From a virus (taxonomy: Duplodnaviria > Caudoviricetes): a stretch of DNA of 27,119 nt. Shown here one piece after another: positions 26,080 through 27,119 of the stretch (positions are counted from its first letter, which is position 1; each line of letters begins with the position of its first letter). Under the pieces are notes generated by a model that was not told the origin of the DNA, ran no database searches, and saw only the letters and a list, made by a program, of their open reading frames with translations. The translations under genes were made by a program, and so were the position numbers. The stretch covers positions 1 through 27,119 of the IMG/VR virus record IMGVR_UViG_3300032143_000016; one strand, 5' to 3'.

Positions 26080-27086
26080 GTGAATACGGACTTCCTTATC
26101 AGGGATCTAAAGGGACAATAGCTGAAAAGTTGTGTTCATTCTTTCCCAAGGCAGATAATTTTTATGATTTGTTTGGTGGCGGCGGTGCTATTTCACACTG
26201 CATGCTTACTCTCAATAAATATAAGACTGTCCATTACAATGAGATATCGTTGCCCTTAGTAACATTATTTAAAAAAGCAATCAACGGCGATTACAACTAT
26301 GATAAATTTAAACCTGAATGGATTAGTCGAGAAGAATTCTTTAAGCGTAAAGACGCTGATGCCTACATTGCTACTTGTTGGAGTTTTGGAAATAATAATA
26401 GGCACTACATATTTTCTAAAGAAATAGAGCCATATAAACGATCGATGCATAATGCAATTGTGTTCGGGGAATTTGACGAGTTAGCTGAAGAAGTTTTACA
26501 AAGAAAAACGTGGACGAATAAAGATATAAAGACTCGTCGTCTATTCTTCAGAAATAAGATTGAGCACTATCGAAAAACAAACACTATTCCAGATTGTCTT
26601 ATTCCATTTTTAAATGACGAACAGCGAAAACAGTGGTCAAGAATTAACGGATCTATTCAGTTGGAGCGGTTGCAGCAGTTGGAGCGGTTGCAGCAGTTGC
26701 AGGAGTTGCAGCAGTTGGAGCAGTTGAGGCAGTTGCAGCAGTTGCAGCAGTTGCAGCAGTTGGAGCGGTTGCAGGAGTTGCAGCGGTCAGCTAGCAATCT
26801 AATCATCTCATCTGGTGATTATAGGGATGTTCCCATTCTCCCAAACTCAGTTGTGTATTGTGATATTCCGTATGAAAATACAAAAGAGTATGCCTCAACT
26901 TTTAATAAAAAAGAATTCCTGGATTGGGCTGCTACCCGTGATTTCCCTGTCTATATATCAGAATTTAATATAGCTGATCCTCGGTTTCAAGAAACAGTCG
27001 ATATAAATAAACGTGGGATGATGGCTGGTGCTAATCAAAAAGTGAAAAAATTAGAGCGTCTTTATTGGAATAAAAAGAAATGCTAA
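26076..27086 (+). CDS. Dam/D12-class DNA N6-adenine methyltransferase
   Basis: PYQGSK, DLFGGGG (SAM binding), YCDIPY (motif IV variant), YISEF. Confidence 0.85.
   Translation: MSEYGLPYQGSKGTIAEKLCSFFPKADNFYDLFGGGGAISHCMLTLNKYKTVHYNEISLPLVTLFKKAINGDYNYDKFKPEWISREEFFKRKDADAYIATCWSFGNNNRHYIFSKEIEPYKRSMHNAIVFGEFDELAEEVLQRKTWTNKDIKTRRLFFRNKIEHYRKTNTIPDCLIPFLNDEQRKQWSRINGSIQLERLQQLERLQQLQELQQLEQLRQLQQLQQLQQLERLQELQRSASNLIISSGDYRDVPILPNSVVYCDIPYENTKEYASTFNKKEFLDWAATRDFPVYISEFNIADPRFQETVDINKRGMMAGANQKVKKLERLYWNKKKC
26661..26786 (+). repeat. 9-bp coding tandem repeat x14 (consensus TTGCAGCAG; L-x-x)
   Basis: Encodes LERLQQLERLQQLQELQQLEQLRQLQQLQQLQQLERLQELQR. Confidence 0.95.
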
Positions 27087-27119
27087 CATCATCAACTAAA
27101 CTCACCGCCTACAAAATGA

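Noticed and set aside
26661-26786. MTase repeat as an on/off phase-variation tract
   Set aside because: The 9-nt unit is a multiple of three, so copy-number changes keep the frame.
1-27119. Genome-wide stop codon reassignment
   Set aside because: TAA, TAG and TGA all end genes at tight junctions, and long conserved genes are intact in code 11.
27080-27119. ORF start MLTSSTKLTAYKM running off the window
   Set aside because: Too short to support a call.

Overview
AT-rich 27 kb segment of a tailed dsDNA phage (or prophage), densely coding and mostly on the + strand. Gene order: tail and fibre genes (1-5950); an accessory envelope cluster with a GH5-like glycoside hydrolase, two lipoproteins and an LpxH-like metallophosphoesterase (6216-9995); a lysis cassette of four small membrane proteins plus an Amidase_2 endolysin (9985-11510); a leftward YqaJ exonuclease operon divergent from Cro-like HTH, Sak4-like ATPase, SSB-like protein, SF2 helicase, VRR-NUC and TOPRIM primase-helicase genes (11491-18935); a likely replication origin with phased TGTWACA repeats (18972-19326); then a near-consensus sigma-28 (FliA) promoter ahead of a run of small putative early genes, followed by two RHH regulators, a collagen-like lipoprotein, Rha, a ParB-like protein and a Dam-family methyltransferase with a 9-nt repeat insert. 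I saw no integrase, CI repressor, tRNA, CRISPR array or reverse transcriptase. The most striking signal is the flagellar-sigma promoter next to the origin, suggesting early expression tied to the host's motile state. All protein calls come from motif recognition by eye, not database searches.
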